Below are positions 1 to 12,749 of a DNA stretch of 64,000 nucleotides, in pieces; position 1 is the first letter of the stretch, and every line of letters begins with the position of its first letter. The stretch is from Lama guanicoe (Eukaryota), in NCBI GenBank assembly GCA_013239625.1, contig MU054323.1:4949220-5013219 (forward strand), in the 5' to 3' direction. The position numbers and the translations under genes were made by a program. The notes under the pieces were generated by a model. That model worked only from the letters and a program-made list of their open reading frames with translations, was not told the DNA's origin and made no database searches.

Positions 1-350
1 ACAGTTGCTTGGGTACAGGTAGTTTATTTGGGAGTAGGAGCAGCAGAGCAAGGAGAGCAAGAAAGGGAAGGAGAAAAATCCAAGAAAGTTACCACTGAAG
101 ACTACTGGGTCTCAATCTCACAGGGAAATGTCTGAATAACTCTAAAAAATATAAGCTAAAAGAGTCCCTTGAAAGACCTGTATACTCAGCCGTTTATCCA
201 CCAAGCCCTATCCCACACAGTTTAAAGTTGTCCTCCAAGACCACTGACTTCCTCCCACTTCCAGGTTGCCCAGCAGGCATGACAGCGGGCTAACCACGTT
301 CCTAAGCCTTTGGGGATAAATTCCTGGGGTTAAAAATAACACATAGGTGG
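1..350. mobile_element. Old ERVL-MaLR LTR fragment (MLT1J/K-like), truncated by the window start
   Basis: The stretch 'gtagtttatttgggag...gaaagggaaggagaaaa...gggtctcaatc' resembles remembered MLT1J/K consensus. Highly diverged; boundaries approximate. Confidence 0.5.
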
Positions 351-436
351 CGCTCTGACATATATCTGAAATCAAAGATGTATTAAGGAGATGTCTTAAG
401 TATCACACAAATTATATGTTATATCCATGGATCTAC

Positions 437-645
437 CAGGGTTTCTCAAACTTAGCATAATGACACTTGCGGCCTGATAATTTGTTTTTGGAGGCTGCCT
501 TGTACATTGCAGGATGTTAAGCAGCATCCCTGGCTTGTACCCACTAGAGGCCAGTTAGACTCCCCCAATTGTGACAACCAGAAATGTCTCTGGATACTGC
601 CAGACGTCCTCTGGATGGCATAATCACCCGTGATTGAGACCACTG
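437..645 (-). mobile_element. MER20 (hAT-Charlie non-autonomous DNA transposon)
   Basis: Termini cagggtttctcaa...ttgagaccactg. The internal 'gcagcatccctggc...cccactag...tgtgacaaccagaaatgtctc' matches the reverse complement of the MER20 consensus over about 210 bp. Confidence 0.9.
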
Positions 646-779
646 ACCTGAAGCAATTTACTGCAAAGTGATTGGAGATATAGCTTTGATTGTCTAGCAT
701 GCCAGAGAAACACACAGAGAACCCAGGTTACAGATAACCCTTCAGGAAGCTCCCACCATCACAAAAACATAATAGGATC

Positions 780-960
780 AATCCATTTATTCATTCATTC
801 TGTTTTTTTTTTTTCATTCAAAACATCCGTTTAGCATCTGCTATGTTCCAGGCACAGTCATTTAAGGCCCTAAGGATATTATTTTGAGTAAGAAAGAGAT
901 TTTGCCCTGATTTTGGACAGCCCACAAATTAGTGGGGAAAATGACACTGGAAGAGCCAGT
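780..960 (-). mobile_element. L2 3' end fragment
   Basis: (attc)n tail followed by 'tttagcatctgctatgttccaggcac', the usual reverse-strand L2 terminus. Confidence 0.65.
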
Positions 961-1129
961 AAAGTGGGTCAAGTGCAATGGTGTTGATGGCAATTTTGTA
1001 ATCAGTTTTAGCAGAAAACGTTAGAGCCACGGAAGATGACCCCTCAAGGAAGTCGGGACCACGAGGGAATTAGACAACGGCTGAAGTCAAAAGTCAAGAA
1101 TTGAGCACAAGAAAACCACTTAGCAGTAA

Positions 1130-1330
1130 CAATAATAATCTTAGATAGTGCTAGGCTAAGTGTATTATAAATGTTTTGTTATGTTGATTGCTTTAATTCT
1201 TAATGTTGTAAGATGAGTACTGTTATAGTTGTTTCACAAATAAAGAAACTGTGGATAGAGAAGTATAGTAAATTGTCCAGCCTCAGGTGAGTAACAGAAC
1301 AGGCACAGCCTAAATTCAGAGTTGTACCTG
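1130..1330 (-). mobile_element. MIR SINE
   Basis: Degenerate MIR core 'tttcacaaataaagaaactgtggatagagaagtatagtaaattgtccag'. Confidence 0.65.
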
Positions 1331-2943
1331 AAATGATGATAGAAAACCACCTAAGACAACTGCAGTCACCCTTCTCTCTTTGCTCCTCATACAAAATGCT
1401 GCCCTAAATGTATGCGTTCTAACCAAGATCTAGGTACACTAATCTTTTTTTCATACAATTCACTTTCTCTAGTATCAATTCGACTTACAGAATTTTAGTC
1501 TCAGATGGCAGGAATTGTAAGAAAGAATAAAATGAGACACACCTTAATTATGCAATATCTATGTTTCTGTAGTAAATAGTGCAATGGTCTGAATATGATT
1601 ATATAGTTTATAAGTCAAACCAGGACACTGTCAAGGGTGAAAGCAGACACTATTGAAGACTGGGACAGTTCGTATAAATGTCACCTATCACGGGTAGTTA
1701 GTACTGTGATCACCCTGTGGATTGTAGCCTATGGATTGCCCACCTCAGGTCTGACAGTTGCAAGAAAGAACAAGATGCATTTTGCAAAGCCCAGAAAAGC
1801 TTTGGTGACTCTGTGTTTTCTATATAGGATTAAGTAATTAAAACATTATTTTCCCTAATTCAGCCCTAAATCCTTCTGAAGCCTCATCTGCCACTGATTT
1901 GTTTCACATTCCCCACTCCAAATCATTAAATCTCATAGAGCTCTTCAGAACTTACCTCTTTGAAATTTCTTGACATTGCTTATACTATTCTGTCTCTGTA
2001 ATGGTCTTCCCACTCCTCTTCCATTGATTAACTAGTCACTTAGCCAACCACTCCCCTTGTAACTACTCTTTTGGTTAACATCTCACTCTTACTTGTTCTG
2101 TAAGAATGAGATCAACTCATAGATGCTTTTTGGAGTCTTTTCCCACCTTCTTTCCCAACCAGGCTCAATCTGTTCCTTGGCTTCACTCCCTGATTCTGCT
2201 AAACTCTGCTCCTAAGGAGCAAGGCACATGTTTTCCAAAGTTTTGCAGACTTCATGCTTAGTATATAGCATGCAATGTGATAAATGCTCAACGGATGTTA
2301 AATGACAAATGGACAAATTAACAAATATGTTTTTTGCACCTTTGCAGAAAGTATATGTCAAGGTTTTGGATTCTTGAAATCAATGTATAATTCTACAACT
2401 CTCAATGCTCATTTTGTAATTAATTAATTTTTTTTTGAGTAATGTGACAAACTAGTTCTTTGGAGCAGTTGCTAGAGCAAAGAGTTCATAACATCGTGTG
2501 CACATCTCAAGAAAGTGGATTGTGTCCTAGACACATATAGTATACTATTACATTATCAGTACAGGCAGTCACCTCCATAATATTTGACAAAAGAAGAAAT
2601 TAGAAAAAAATCCTTAAGAGAGTTTTTTTCTAGGGAACATTTTACAGTGGATTTTTTACAAAAATTAATTCTATGAAAAATAATAAATAGAATCATGTAT
2701 GTTTCCAGGAAATTATGTATTTAATATTCTTTTCTTCAAGAGTCATGTCATAGGAGGTCACTATGTCCTTAATATTAGCTTACTAAAGATTTTGCCAATT
2801 CTGATTTTTTGAAAAAACAAAATCTAAAAACTTGTTCAATCTTGTTTAACCAAAAAAATACAAAATTCACTTGACTCAAAGCTATGCTAAATGCATATAT
2901 GGCTTAAAAATGAGACGAGAGAGCTCTTCTAAATAAATCTTCC

Positions 2944-3416
2944 TGTGATGGGCTGAATAATGACCTCCCAAAGAGGTCCACATTCTAATCTCCAGAACCT
3001 GTGGATACATTATCTTCACACAGCAAAAGGGATTTTGCAGCTGTGATCACCTAATGATCTTGAGGTGGATTATCTGGGTGGGACCAATGTAATCAAAATG
3101 GTTTTTATAAGCGAAAAGGAGAGGCAGGAGAGTCAGAGTCAGAGGAGACATGACAACAAAGGCAGAGGTCAGAGTTATACAACTGCTGGTTTAAAAATGG
3201 AAGAAAGCCCCAAATCAAAGAATGTAGGCAGAATCTAGTAACTAGAAAAGGTAGGTAAACAGATTATCCCCTAGAGCCTTCATAAGGAGCACAATCCTAT
3301 TCAGTGAGACCCATTTCACATTTTTTACCTCCAGAACTATAAGATAATAAATTTGTGTTATTTTAAGCCACTAAATTTGTGGTAATTTGTTGCAGCAGTA
3401 TTAGGAAATTAATATA
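2944..3416 (+). mobile_element. MLT1D-like MaLR solo LTR
   Basis: Begins tgtgatgggctgaataatg. Contains 'ccagaacctgtgga', 'gattatctgggtggg' and 'ccagaactataagataataaatttgtg...taagccactaaatttgtggtaatttgtt', all typical of MLT1. Confidence 0.88.
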
Positions 3417-3524
3417 TATTCCTAGTGGACAGTGCTTCTAACTTATCAGAATATTTCCTCAACTCTAGTTATTTTACCTTATAATTTATTATGGAAAAAA
3501 CCAAATGAAAATAAATATTTTGGA

Positions 3525-4560
3525 TTTCTTCTTCTAGGATGACGGAGTAAATATATTTCCCCCTATTTTCCAACTAACTACAATGAAAAGTTTAGACATC
3601 ATACATACAGCAAACATAAGAAAATCCTGAAAGGTGGAATAAAGAAAGCAGACTACCTTGACTCATCAGGACCCAAAGAAGCGGTAAATTCCCCAAGTTT
3701 TCCTTTCACTCATATGACCTAGACATGGAACTGAAGAAATCAATAACTCATAAAGACCAATGAGGATTGACAAAACATTAGACTGTGATGTTATGCATGT
3801 AATACTTAGAACCACTACTAAAAATACTACAGAAAGAGATATATTCAAAACAGTAGATAAATGAAAATGGAATTTTTAAAAATGCTCAACCTGTAGAAAG
3901 ATAGAAAAAACAAAACAGAACAAAACTAGAAAGAAAATAAAAAACAGAAAAAAAGAGGTAAACTTAAGTCCTCAAAAACTACATTAAATATAAGTGGTAT
4001 AAATACATCATTGAAAAGACAGGGATTAGCAGATTATATTAAATAAATAACCCAACTATATATATTACTTACAAAGAAAATTATATCAAATATAACAATA
4101 TAGGCAGACTGAAAGTAAAAAGATGGGAAAAGATAAATCATGTAAACATTAATCAAAGTAAAGGAGAAACTGCTACATTACTGTAAAGTAAAGTAGAATT
4201 CAGAGCAAAGTAAATCATCAGAGATAAAAGGGGATGTTGTATAATGATAAAAAAAAGGTTAGTCTACCAAGAAGACATAGCAAACCTAAATGTGAATATA
4301 AAATCAAAAGGTGAAAAATAAGTGAAATAAAAACTGATAGTATTGTCAGAAGAAATAAACAAATCTACAGTTATAGTTCAGACTTGAACACTCCTCTGTC
4401 AATAATTGATCAAACTGGACAGAAAATCAGCAATGGTATAGAAGAACTGAATAGCACTACAAACCACCGAAAGAATCTAACCAACATTTATGGAATATTT
4501 CACCTAACAATAGCAGAATACAAATTGCTTTCAAGTGCCCATAGAAAATGTACAATATAT
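3525..4560 (+). mobile_element. Old L1 fragment including decayed ORF2 endonuclease domain
   Basis: ORF 4384-4629 reads NTPLSIIDQTGQKISNGIEELNSTTNHRKNLTNIYGIFHLTIAEYKLLSSAH, matching the L1 ORF2 endonuclease motif DFNTPLS...QKINK...LTDIYR.FHP..AEYTFFSSAH. Upstream DNA encodes the degenerate N-terminal part of the domain. Confidence 0.9.
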
Positions 4561-4989
4561 GCTCTGTCTTGGGTGTATTTGATTCACTTGTACTTTCAAT
4601 GTTTGATAAACATAAAGCATGTTGTCTGATGCTTTCCTTGTGGAAAACACTTTAACCACTGGTGTATGAGATTTAGTTATTGTCTCCTGATTTTAAAAAA
4701 AATTAGCTCTGTTTAATACCAATATTGATGATGAGGTATTATTCTCGATTTCACCAAGGTTCAAGTTAATTTTTATTCTATTTTACACTGAAGGTGTAAA
4801 CTTTGGGTGTCTTAAGATTTGTGTATCCTAAATTCCCTATAGTTTCCTATAGTAACTTTATTGTTTCCACACTGATGTGTGGGTGTGTGCGCTCATTTTT
4901 ATATAAAGAAATTCTTCTTTAACCTATTTGTTATAAAATTGAGTAAGAGATAGTCTAAGAGACTGACTTAGAACATGAGCAGTGCTTTA

Positions 4990-5440
4990 TGTCAGATTCT
5001 GCAGAAGCAGACCCTCAGATTGAACTTGTGTGCAAGTGTTTTATTAAAAAATACTCCCAAGAGAATCCTACAAGTGAATAGGTGAGGGAAGGCAAGAAAA
5101 AGGGAGAAGACAAAAATGAGTATAATTTAAGGGAAAGGTCCATCTTGATCATATATTCAGCATTATCCTGCAGGAGAACATTCCTTTAGGGGTAGACATT
5201 TTGCTTCCATGTTTGTTTCAACCTGGAGCTTAGATGTCATAATTGGCTGTCAACATCTTAAATGTAGGTTGCACATAAATCCCCAGACACATTTTTCTCT
5301 CTACAAATATCTGCAGCCAAAACAACTCCACTAGATCAATGTCAGCTCTCTGAAAATTTCCAGATAGAGAATTGAAAGTTAAAGTATACTTGTTGAGGAA
5401 GACTAAAAATTTTTAAAGACATCTTGCAAGGGATCTATGA
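4990..5440. mobile_element. Old MLT1-type LTR fragment
   Basis: 'gtcagattctgcagaagcagaccctcagat...tgtgcaagtgttttatt' resembles an MLT1J/K/L terminus. Confidence 0.5.
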
Positions 5441-6589
5441 TTTCTGAGGACTTCAACATATGGCTCCCCTCTCTGGGTCTATATAGGTGGCTGTTCTAGT
5501 TGTAACCATGCCTAACCCAGTAGGCAGGGAAGAACAACCATCTAAACAAAAAGTAACAATCATCTTAACAAATAATGTACTAATTATATCTGTTCATATT
5601 TCACTGATGAAAGCTTACTTCACCTAACTATAAGGGAGGCTGAAAAGTTCAGCCCAGATAAAATTCTATCACTGAAGAGGATGGAGCAAACAGATTTGGG
5701 GAGGGACAACTGGCAGCCTTTCACAGGTGTTGCCAGCTTACTGTTTTAGTTGTACCTGTAGAATGAGGCATGGTTACTCAAAGAGCCAGGATGGTTTGAA
5801 AAGAAAGGAAACTTTCAAACACTAGTAGGACTAGCACTGCATTTAGAAACCTGAAAGGGCAGAGGAGTCAGCACATAAAATTAGAAGGTGCTGGCGGGTG
5901 TTAGGACGATGTAAACCCAGAGGATGTGGCAATACTAAAACCTGGAAGATAAAATGTTTCAAGAAAACGGGGTGGTGGTGGTGGTGACATGCATATTCTA
6001 GAATATTCCAGACAGTAAGAAGGCAAGGATAAGATATAAAAGTCTGCTCTCATGGGATTGACTTTGGAGTTTTGGTGACAGAGAACTAAACAGAAAGCTA
6101 AAGGAAGGAAAGATAGGTATTAGTTCAGGGTGGGTGAGGATATGAGAGAGGATAAAAGATCAAAAAAGTACTTTGAACTTTTCCCAGAAAAGCATTAAGA
6201 GGTTGCCAGGCAAAGAGTTTCAAGAAAAGACTTCCTTGGATAAGTTTCTTAGGAGGTTCTTATGGCCTTTTTTCTTTTTCTAAACCTGTGATCCACTCAG
6301 GGTACCCATGGAGACTCTCATTACGGTAGTAGCTCCTCTTGTTTGGTATTATTGGAAGCACTCTCACCATCCTAAAGGAAGCAAGGAGAAATTCAAGTCC
6401 AAACAGGATCCTTTTTCCTGTTAAGATTCCAACCATTTAGAGCAAAGCTACAACTTGGATAATTTATGATGACAAGTTAAAATTCATCAACTAACTCTTG
6501 TCAACCATCAAATTCTTTTGGACATCATGTACTTTGGAGGTACATTTCTTTGCTTGAAACAAAAATAAAAAGGCATTTAAAATGTACTT

Positions 6590-7740
6590 ATTTTAAAATT
6601 TATATTCAGTAAATTCCACTACTTCTTGTGAAGAGTTCTGTGTGTTTTGGAAAATGGGTAAAGTAATGAAGCACCACTACAAGATACAGAAGATTTCCAT
6701 CACCCAAAAAAAATCCCCTGGGCAGCTCTTCCATAGTCAACCAATCCCCATTCCAGAATCCTGGCAACTACAGATGTTTGTGTTTTTGAGGATATCATAA
6801 AAATGAAACCATATATGTAGTCATGTAGCTTTTTTGGTCTGGCTTATTTCTCTCAGAGTTATCTATGTGAGATTTATCTATGTTGCTTCATGTATAAATA
6901 GTTCATTTCTCTTTATTGCTTTGTAGTATCAAGTCGCATGAATATACTGCAGTATGTTTATCTGTTCACCAGTTGAAGGACATTTGGGCAGAGACATCAG
7001 AAATACAGTTGCAAATATTCACATGCGGGTTGTATCTGAACATAAGTTTTTGTTTCTCTTGAGTAAATAGGTAGGAGTGATATTAGTGGGTCTCATGCTA
7101 GGTGTACATCAACTATACTCCAAAGTGGTTTTACTAACTTGCATCTCCATAGTTATGAGTAAGAGTTATTCTTGCTCTGTATCCTCAGTAGTACTTGGTA
7201 CTGTCAGTTATTTTTGTTTGTTTTAATTTTATCCATACTCTTAAGTATGTAGAAGTATCTCATTGTGGTTTTAATTTGAATTTTCTTAAAGATGAACAAT
7301 TTCAAACTTTATTTATTGTAGTTATTTGTCAACCATTCATCATCTTTGCTAAGCGTTTGTTCAAAAATTTTTATTGGCTTTTTTGTTTCTCCTATTGTTA
7401 AGCTTTGAGAGTACATTTCCTAGATACAAGTCCTTTGTCAGATATGTGATGGCAAATATTTTCTTAAAATCTATGGCTTGTCTTTTCACTCTCTTAACAG
7501 TACCTCTCACAGAGAAAAATATTTTATTTTGATGAGTCCAATTTCTCAGTTTCTTCTTTGGTGAATCATACCTTTGGTGTCATATCTAATAATGCTGACT
7601 AATTCATGAGATTTTTTTCCCTAAGCTTTCTTCTAGTAGTTTTATGGTTGTAGGTGTTACAATTTAGATACATAATCCATATTTAGTATTTTTATAAGGT
7701 GAGAGAGATGAATTGAGGTCCTTTTTTTTAATGGATTTGA
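6590..7740 (-). mobile_element. L1M (L1MC/L1ME-like) 3' UTR and ORF2 3' end
   Basis: Reverse-strand L1 hallmarks: 'ttccatcacccaaaaa', 'tatctcattgtggttttaatttg', 'gatacaagtcctttgtcagatatgtgatggcaaatattttc'. Confidence 0.88.
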
Positions 7741-7759
7741 ATTGATTGCTAAGAGTGGG

Positions 7760-8876
7760 AAGAAACAAGCTGAACCCTATGAATGATCAGAGTAGTAAGC
7801 TGAAACTTACTACTAGAGATAGTTTGCACTCTGTAGCCAGAGGAAGAGAACTGAGAAAGAGAGGAAATCTCCCTGAGTTGAGGAGGCTAAGATGAATCTC
7901 TAAGAAGGACAGGAGGAAAGAGGGTAGAGTCTGTAAGCCAAAGTACCGGAGACCTATACAAACACACACATACACACAAATATAGAGAGAAAGAGACAGA
8001 TAGAGACAAACAGAGAAAAAGAGATGAGAGTGCCTGGAAAATTGTAGCGGTTCACCCTTGAGTATTGAGCAAGGTACTGATCAACACATGCTTGTGAAAA
8101 AACCACCTGAAGCTGGGGAAGAAGACACAACACATGACACCCAAAATAACTAAAGAAAACAATGTGCAGTGCACACACACAACCAGGAACAGGCTCTGTT
8201 CTCACCAGCTGGAGTGGAAAAACTGCTTAATTCCTCAGGCATCAAGTAAAGTACTCAAAGAAGTGTTACCTAAACAGTGGACCAACGTCAGCCTTATACT
8301 AAAGGCTGCTGTGATCGTGTCATCACAAAATTTAAACAAGCCTTAAAAAGTTTAAACTGTGTCCAAATAACTGAAATGTGTCCCTGAATAAAGTTCAAAG
8401 ACACTTATATGTATGCAAAAATATTCAGCATTCCAAAATTCATAATGTTTGACATTTGGTCGAAAATTAACAGTCATGCAGAAGAGCAGGAAAGTTCAGC
8501 CAATCAACAAAAGCAGATTCAGAAATGACAAAGAATTGGCAAATAAGGACATAATTATTATAACTGTATTCTTTACATTAATGGAGGTAACAGAAATTTT
8601 GAACACGTTAAATAGAAACATGAAAGACATAAAAAGATTGAAATCAAACTTCTAGAAGCTGAGAAGTATGATATCTGAAGTGGAAATTACATTGGATGAG
8701 ATTAACAGCAGATTAGCTACTACAGAATAACATAATTCATTAACTTGAAGGCATAGGAATGAAAACAACCCAAAGCGAAACCCACAGGGAAGAAAATAGC
8801 TGATAAAAAAGGAATGAAGCATGAGTGAGATGTGAGACAACTTCAAGCAGCCTAGTATATATATAATTGGAGTCCT
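7760..8876 (+). mobile_element. Old L1 5' region with decayed ORF1 coiled-coil
   Basis: About 8590-8876 encodes a degenerate ORF1 segment (TLDEINSRL...DNFKQP...IGV). The 5' boundary is uncertain. Confidence 0.75.
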
Positions 8877-9428
8877 TTGAGAGCCGCTTTTTGTATGTTG
8901 TCCAGAGTTTTTCATCGTGATCAGTGGGTGAAACAGGCTGCCGTGGATTTATCCCACCTGGACAAACACTGGACAACTAATAGGTTTTTTACTATCATTC
9001 ATAGAACCACAGGGCTCAATCACTTTTCTTGCTGGCAGCTGATAAATCTTCAACTCAGCTGACTGGTTATCAAGATGATCCACACCACCCATTCATCACC
9101 AAGTAAAGGAAACTACCATCCCACGTGATGGGCTTTGCAGATTTGTTTCACTCTACCCTCTTGTGCTTTGTCCTATAAAAAGAGCACAGTTTCCCACCGT
9201 AGATTCTCTCTCCTCCAGCAGAGAGAATATGATTTGTCCTAAAATGAAATTAAGCAAATAAAATGAAGGAAAGCCACTTAATGGCCTACTGTCATGCTAC
9301 TCACAGAGGAGAAGGACAGCTAGCTCACTTGGCTTATTGACCTCTAATTAAAATCCTAATAGGTGCTTCCAATGTATTAATACAGTGAGTTTAATCTGGC
9401 CAATCACCCTTCATAGTGCATATCTGGC

Positions 9429-10124
9429 TGCGGGGGGCCACTCATGACCTGAGGGCTGCCGAGCACAGAAACTGGGCCTAAACTCCCAGAGTGCGGGGCG
9501 TCAGGCTCTAAGGCTGATTGAGCAAAGACAATCTCTGTCCCGCCACCCCTTTGTTAGAAAAACAGCAGGTGCATTTGGAGTCGGAAAAACATCTTGATGC
9601 CATTGAGTTATTAAGAACAGGGGCTTCTGGAAAGAGAGATACAGGTCACACAAGTTAGTGATCTTAGTAACAATCACCTGAGTTACCAATACACAAGTTA
9701 CATAAGTTAGTGATCTTAGTAACAATCACCTGAGTTACCAATACACAAGTCACGATGTTAGCCTAGAGGAACAATAACAGTAATCAATGATGTTAGCTCT
9801 TGGGGAACGGTTAGTCTTGATTGATGAGAACTATAAACAATAATGATGTATGTAACTATGCACAAGTTACTGATTTTAGTACACATTGTTAAGAGATCAT
9901 AAAAACAATACCGTTACCTACGATACTGTTGCCTATGGGTTAAAAGCATATAAATTAACTGCTGGAAATAAACACGAGGTCCACTCTTGACCTAGCGTCT
10001 TGCGGGCTAGAGTGAGACCCTCTCCCCCACCTTTTAGTCTTGTCTTCCTTTTAGTCTTGTCTTTCTTTTCTCAGTCCTGCAGCACAGATTTCTGGACCTG
10101 ATCGATTGTCGGCTGGCACCGACA
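9429..10124 (+). mobile_element. Endogenous retrovirus solo LTR, probably class II (betaretrovirus/ERVK-like), 696 bp
   Basis: TG...CA termini. Perfect 6-bp TSD tctggc at 9423-9428 and 10125-10130. TATAAA at 9949-9954 and AATAAA at 9967-9972. No primer-binding site follows the 3' end. Many CpGs are retained. Confidence 0.85.
9652..9750. repeat. Tandem duplication in LTR U3 (47 bp identical, period 52)
   Basis: aagttagtgatcttagtaacaatcacctgagttaccaatacacaagt occurs at 9652-9698 and 9704-9750. Confidence 0.95.
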
Positions 10125-10499
10125 TCTGGCAACCTGGGCTCAGTGTTTAAAATCTTGCTCTTCAAAGGCCATTTCAAATGTGAGGTAATGTGCTTAGTCC
10201 TCACTTAAAATAACCAAACGGAAAGATTCTAAAAAGAATCAAAACAGTAATTTCATTAATTTTCCCATCGATACGAAGGATTTCCCCTGCAGGCTCCTAC
10301 GGTTGAGACATTTTCATTCCCTGGAAGGAGTGTGAGAGTGGCGTGCATGCTGCTTTGTTGGCACGAGTATCTAAGCTACTGTCCTTTCGGCATTCTGGTT
10401 GGATGCGTATTTGACCCTTACTGAGATGTTGCGATCCTGTGGACCCACAGAAGCCAGCTGCTAGTGTATGATCCTAGGGCACAGTTTGGTTGAAGGTTT

Positions 10500-11580
10500 T
10501 ATAATCTTTTACCTAAATTACTGTAACAACCTCTTAATTGGATACCAGACCCCTAGATTCCTCCTGCATCTTCCCATTTCACTCCAAATCAAGGCCCTTA
10601 CACTGGCCAGTGAGGCTCTGCGTGGCCGGCCTCCCTCCTGTTTGACTTCATCTCCTACCCACCAGCTCTTGTTCACTTTGCTGCAGCAGCACACAGGCCA
10701 CCTGAATGTTACTCAGGACCTTTGCACATGCTATCCCCATCACCTGAAACTCTCCTCTTCCAGGTGGCTTCACCTCCTTCAAGTCTCTGCTCAAATCTAC
10801 CATATGAGTGACGTCCCCACCACCTACCTTGTGTAAAATATTAGTCCCTAGCCCCACACTGTCCTTTCTCTCTCCTATCTTGGTTAACTTTTTTTGCAGA
10901 ATACATATCAGCATCTGACATATTACTTGTAGTAGGCTGAATAATACACCCCAAAGTTATCGGATTGTATCTGCTAGCATCTGTAAATATTATCTTATTT
11001 GGATTAAAAGGGCCTTTACAGATATAATTAAAAATCTTGAAATGAGGAGATTATCCTAGATTGTCGGAGTGGGCCTGACTCGCCATCACAAGTGCTCCTA
11101 TAAGACAGAGGTAGAGGAAGATCTCACACTCTCACACACACACACACACACACACAGGAGAGGGCAGAGACTGATGTGGCCACAAGCCAAGGAACTTAAG
11201 CAGCTACCAGAAGCTGGATGAGGCAAAAAGCAGACTCTCCTTTGGAGAATCTGTGGGGGGTGTGGCCTGCTCACACCTTAATGTTGCTCCAGGAATACAG
11301 TTCTGAAGTTCTGGCTTCCAGAACTATGATGGAATAAATTTTTGCTGTTTTAAGCCACTGAATGTGTGGGAATTTGTTACAAAAGCCACAGAAAACTACT
11401 TACTCACCTATTTACTTGTTACGTGTTTATTTTGTCTGTTCCCATCCCATACACACAGAATAAAAGCAGAGGGCCTGTCGGTCTCATTCACTGCTCCATC
11501 TTCAGTGCCCCAAACGGTGCCTGACACACACCGGAAGCCCAGTAAGTATTTGTAAAAGAATAAATGAATGAATGTTTGTA
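10500..11580 (+). mobile_element. L2a 3' portion, interrupted by an MLT1 LTR
   Basis: L2 motifs 'ttactgtaacaacctcttaattgg' and 'caggacctttgcacatgct'. After the LTR the element resumes with 'gtgcctgacacac...agtaagtatttg...aatgaatgaatg'. Confidence 0.8.
10928..11403 (+). mobile_element. MLT1C/D-like MaLR solo LTR with internal (CA)n
   Basis: Starts tgtagtaggctgaataat. Contains 'gaggagattatcctagatt', 'gccacaagccaaggaa...ccagaagctgga' and 'ccagaactatgatggaataaatttttgctgttttaagccac'. Confidence 0.88.
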
Positions 11581-11929
11581 TCAAAGATATTAGGTGCAGT
11601 TGCAGCTCAGAGAAACTCAAATCAACAGGCTGGGAGTCTGAGAGAAAGCTTCATAGAAGGCGAGGGAGTGAAGTTTTCTGGGAGGCACAGGTCACCAGAC
11701 TAAACCTTGTGTGCATGGAAATGACTTCTTTATTCTCCTAAGTTGTGCGAGATTCATTTACAGAAATTGCTTTTGTCTCTTGAAGAGAGGGTGATGATCA
11801 ATATGAATAATGTTCCTCGATATATCTTGATGCTGTCATTGGCCACAATTGCGTAAGTGGCAAAACATCCCTTGTTTCCGTGTAATGGTCCTTTGTGGGG
11901 ATGCAGTATAACAGGTGACAGGACATAAC

Positions 11930-12420
11930 ACACACAGGCCTGGGAGACCTGAGTCTAAATCCAGGCTCCGCCACTTCTGATATTAGCGAACGTTTATTTA
12001 ACACTTGCCATGTAGTGAGAATTATACTGTGTGTGTTACTCACTGATTCCTTGCCAGTTGCATAAACTTGGAAAAGTCATTTAAACTTTTAGCCTCCTGA
12101 AAACTCCGAAAAGAGGCTATTTTCATCCCTCTAGCACCAATGCAGAAACAGGCACAGAGAGCTGAAGTAACTCGCTCAGGGTTACAGAGCTAAGCATTTC
12201 TGAAAATGGGATTCACATCTCTGTCTCCAAATTCCACTCACTTTCCAAAATAATCCACGCATCTCTCTCAGCTAATTTTGTGCCAGTCACTGATTTTTTG
12301 TTTGTTTTTGAGCCTTACTGTCCTCATCTATAAAATGGAAAGAACTTCACAGCGTTACTGGTTAAACGATTAAGTCAGGGATATGATGTAAAATGCACAG
12401 CAAAGGAACAGACACATTTT
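11930..12420. mobile_element. Cluster of MIR fragments on both strands
   Basis: 'agacctgagtctaaatccaggctccgccactt', 'gaaacaggcacagagagctgaagtaactcgctcagggttacagagct' and 'tcctcatctataaaatgg'. Confidence 0.65.
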
Positions 12421-12749
12421 AACAGAATGTGTATTTGGCTTTGAGCTTTGATAATAGAGGCACACATACAGGCTTTGTGTCCTTGACTATGTTTTTGTTC
12501 CTGAGGTTTCTGCATCTGCTCTCTTCCTCCTCAGCCCTTTCACAACCTTTCAGCAGGTCAGTTTCTTTATTCTGCTTTCCAGAACAATTTATCAGGCATT
12601 TCTACTTCAATGAATGTTTGTTAGCCCTTCTCCCATTCTGAAGGTGGTTATTTTTAAGCCCGTCTCTCACTATTCAAAGATAAACTTTTTCTAAAGTGTG
12701 GTAGAGAGGGGTAGGTTCTGAGGCTTCAGACAGGTGAACTAGCAGTTTT

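Noticed and set aside
4384..4629. 81-aa ORF as a host gene
   Set aside because: It is a decayed L1 ORF2 endonuclease fragment.
7700..7800. Twin-priming L1 inversion at the junction of minus- and plus-strand L1 pieces
   Set aside because: The pieces point away from each other and no shared TSD is visible, so independent old insertions are simpler.
9652..9750. CRISPR-like repeat-spacer pattern
   Set aside because: Only two adjacent copies with a 5-bp gap, inside a mammalian LTR.
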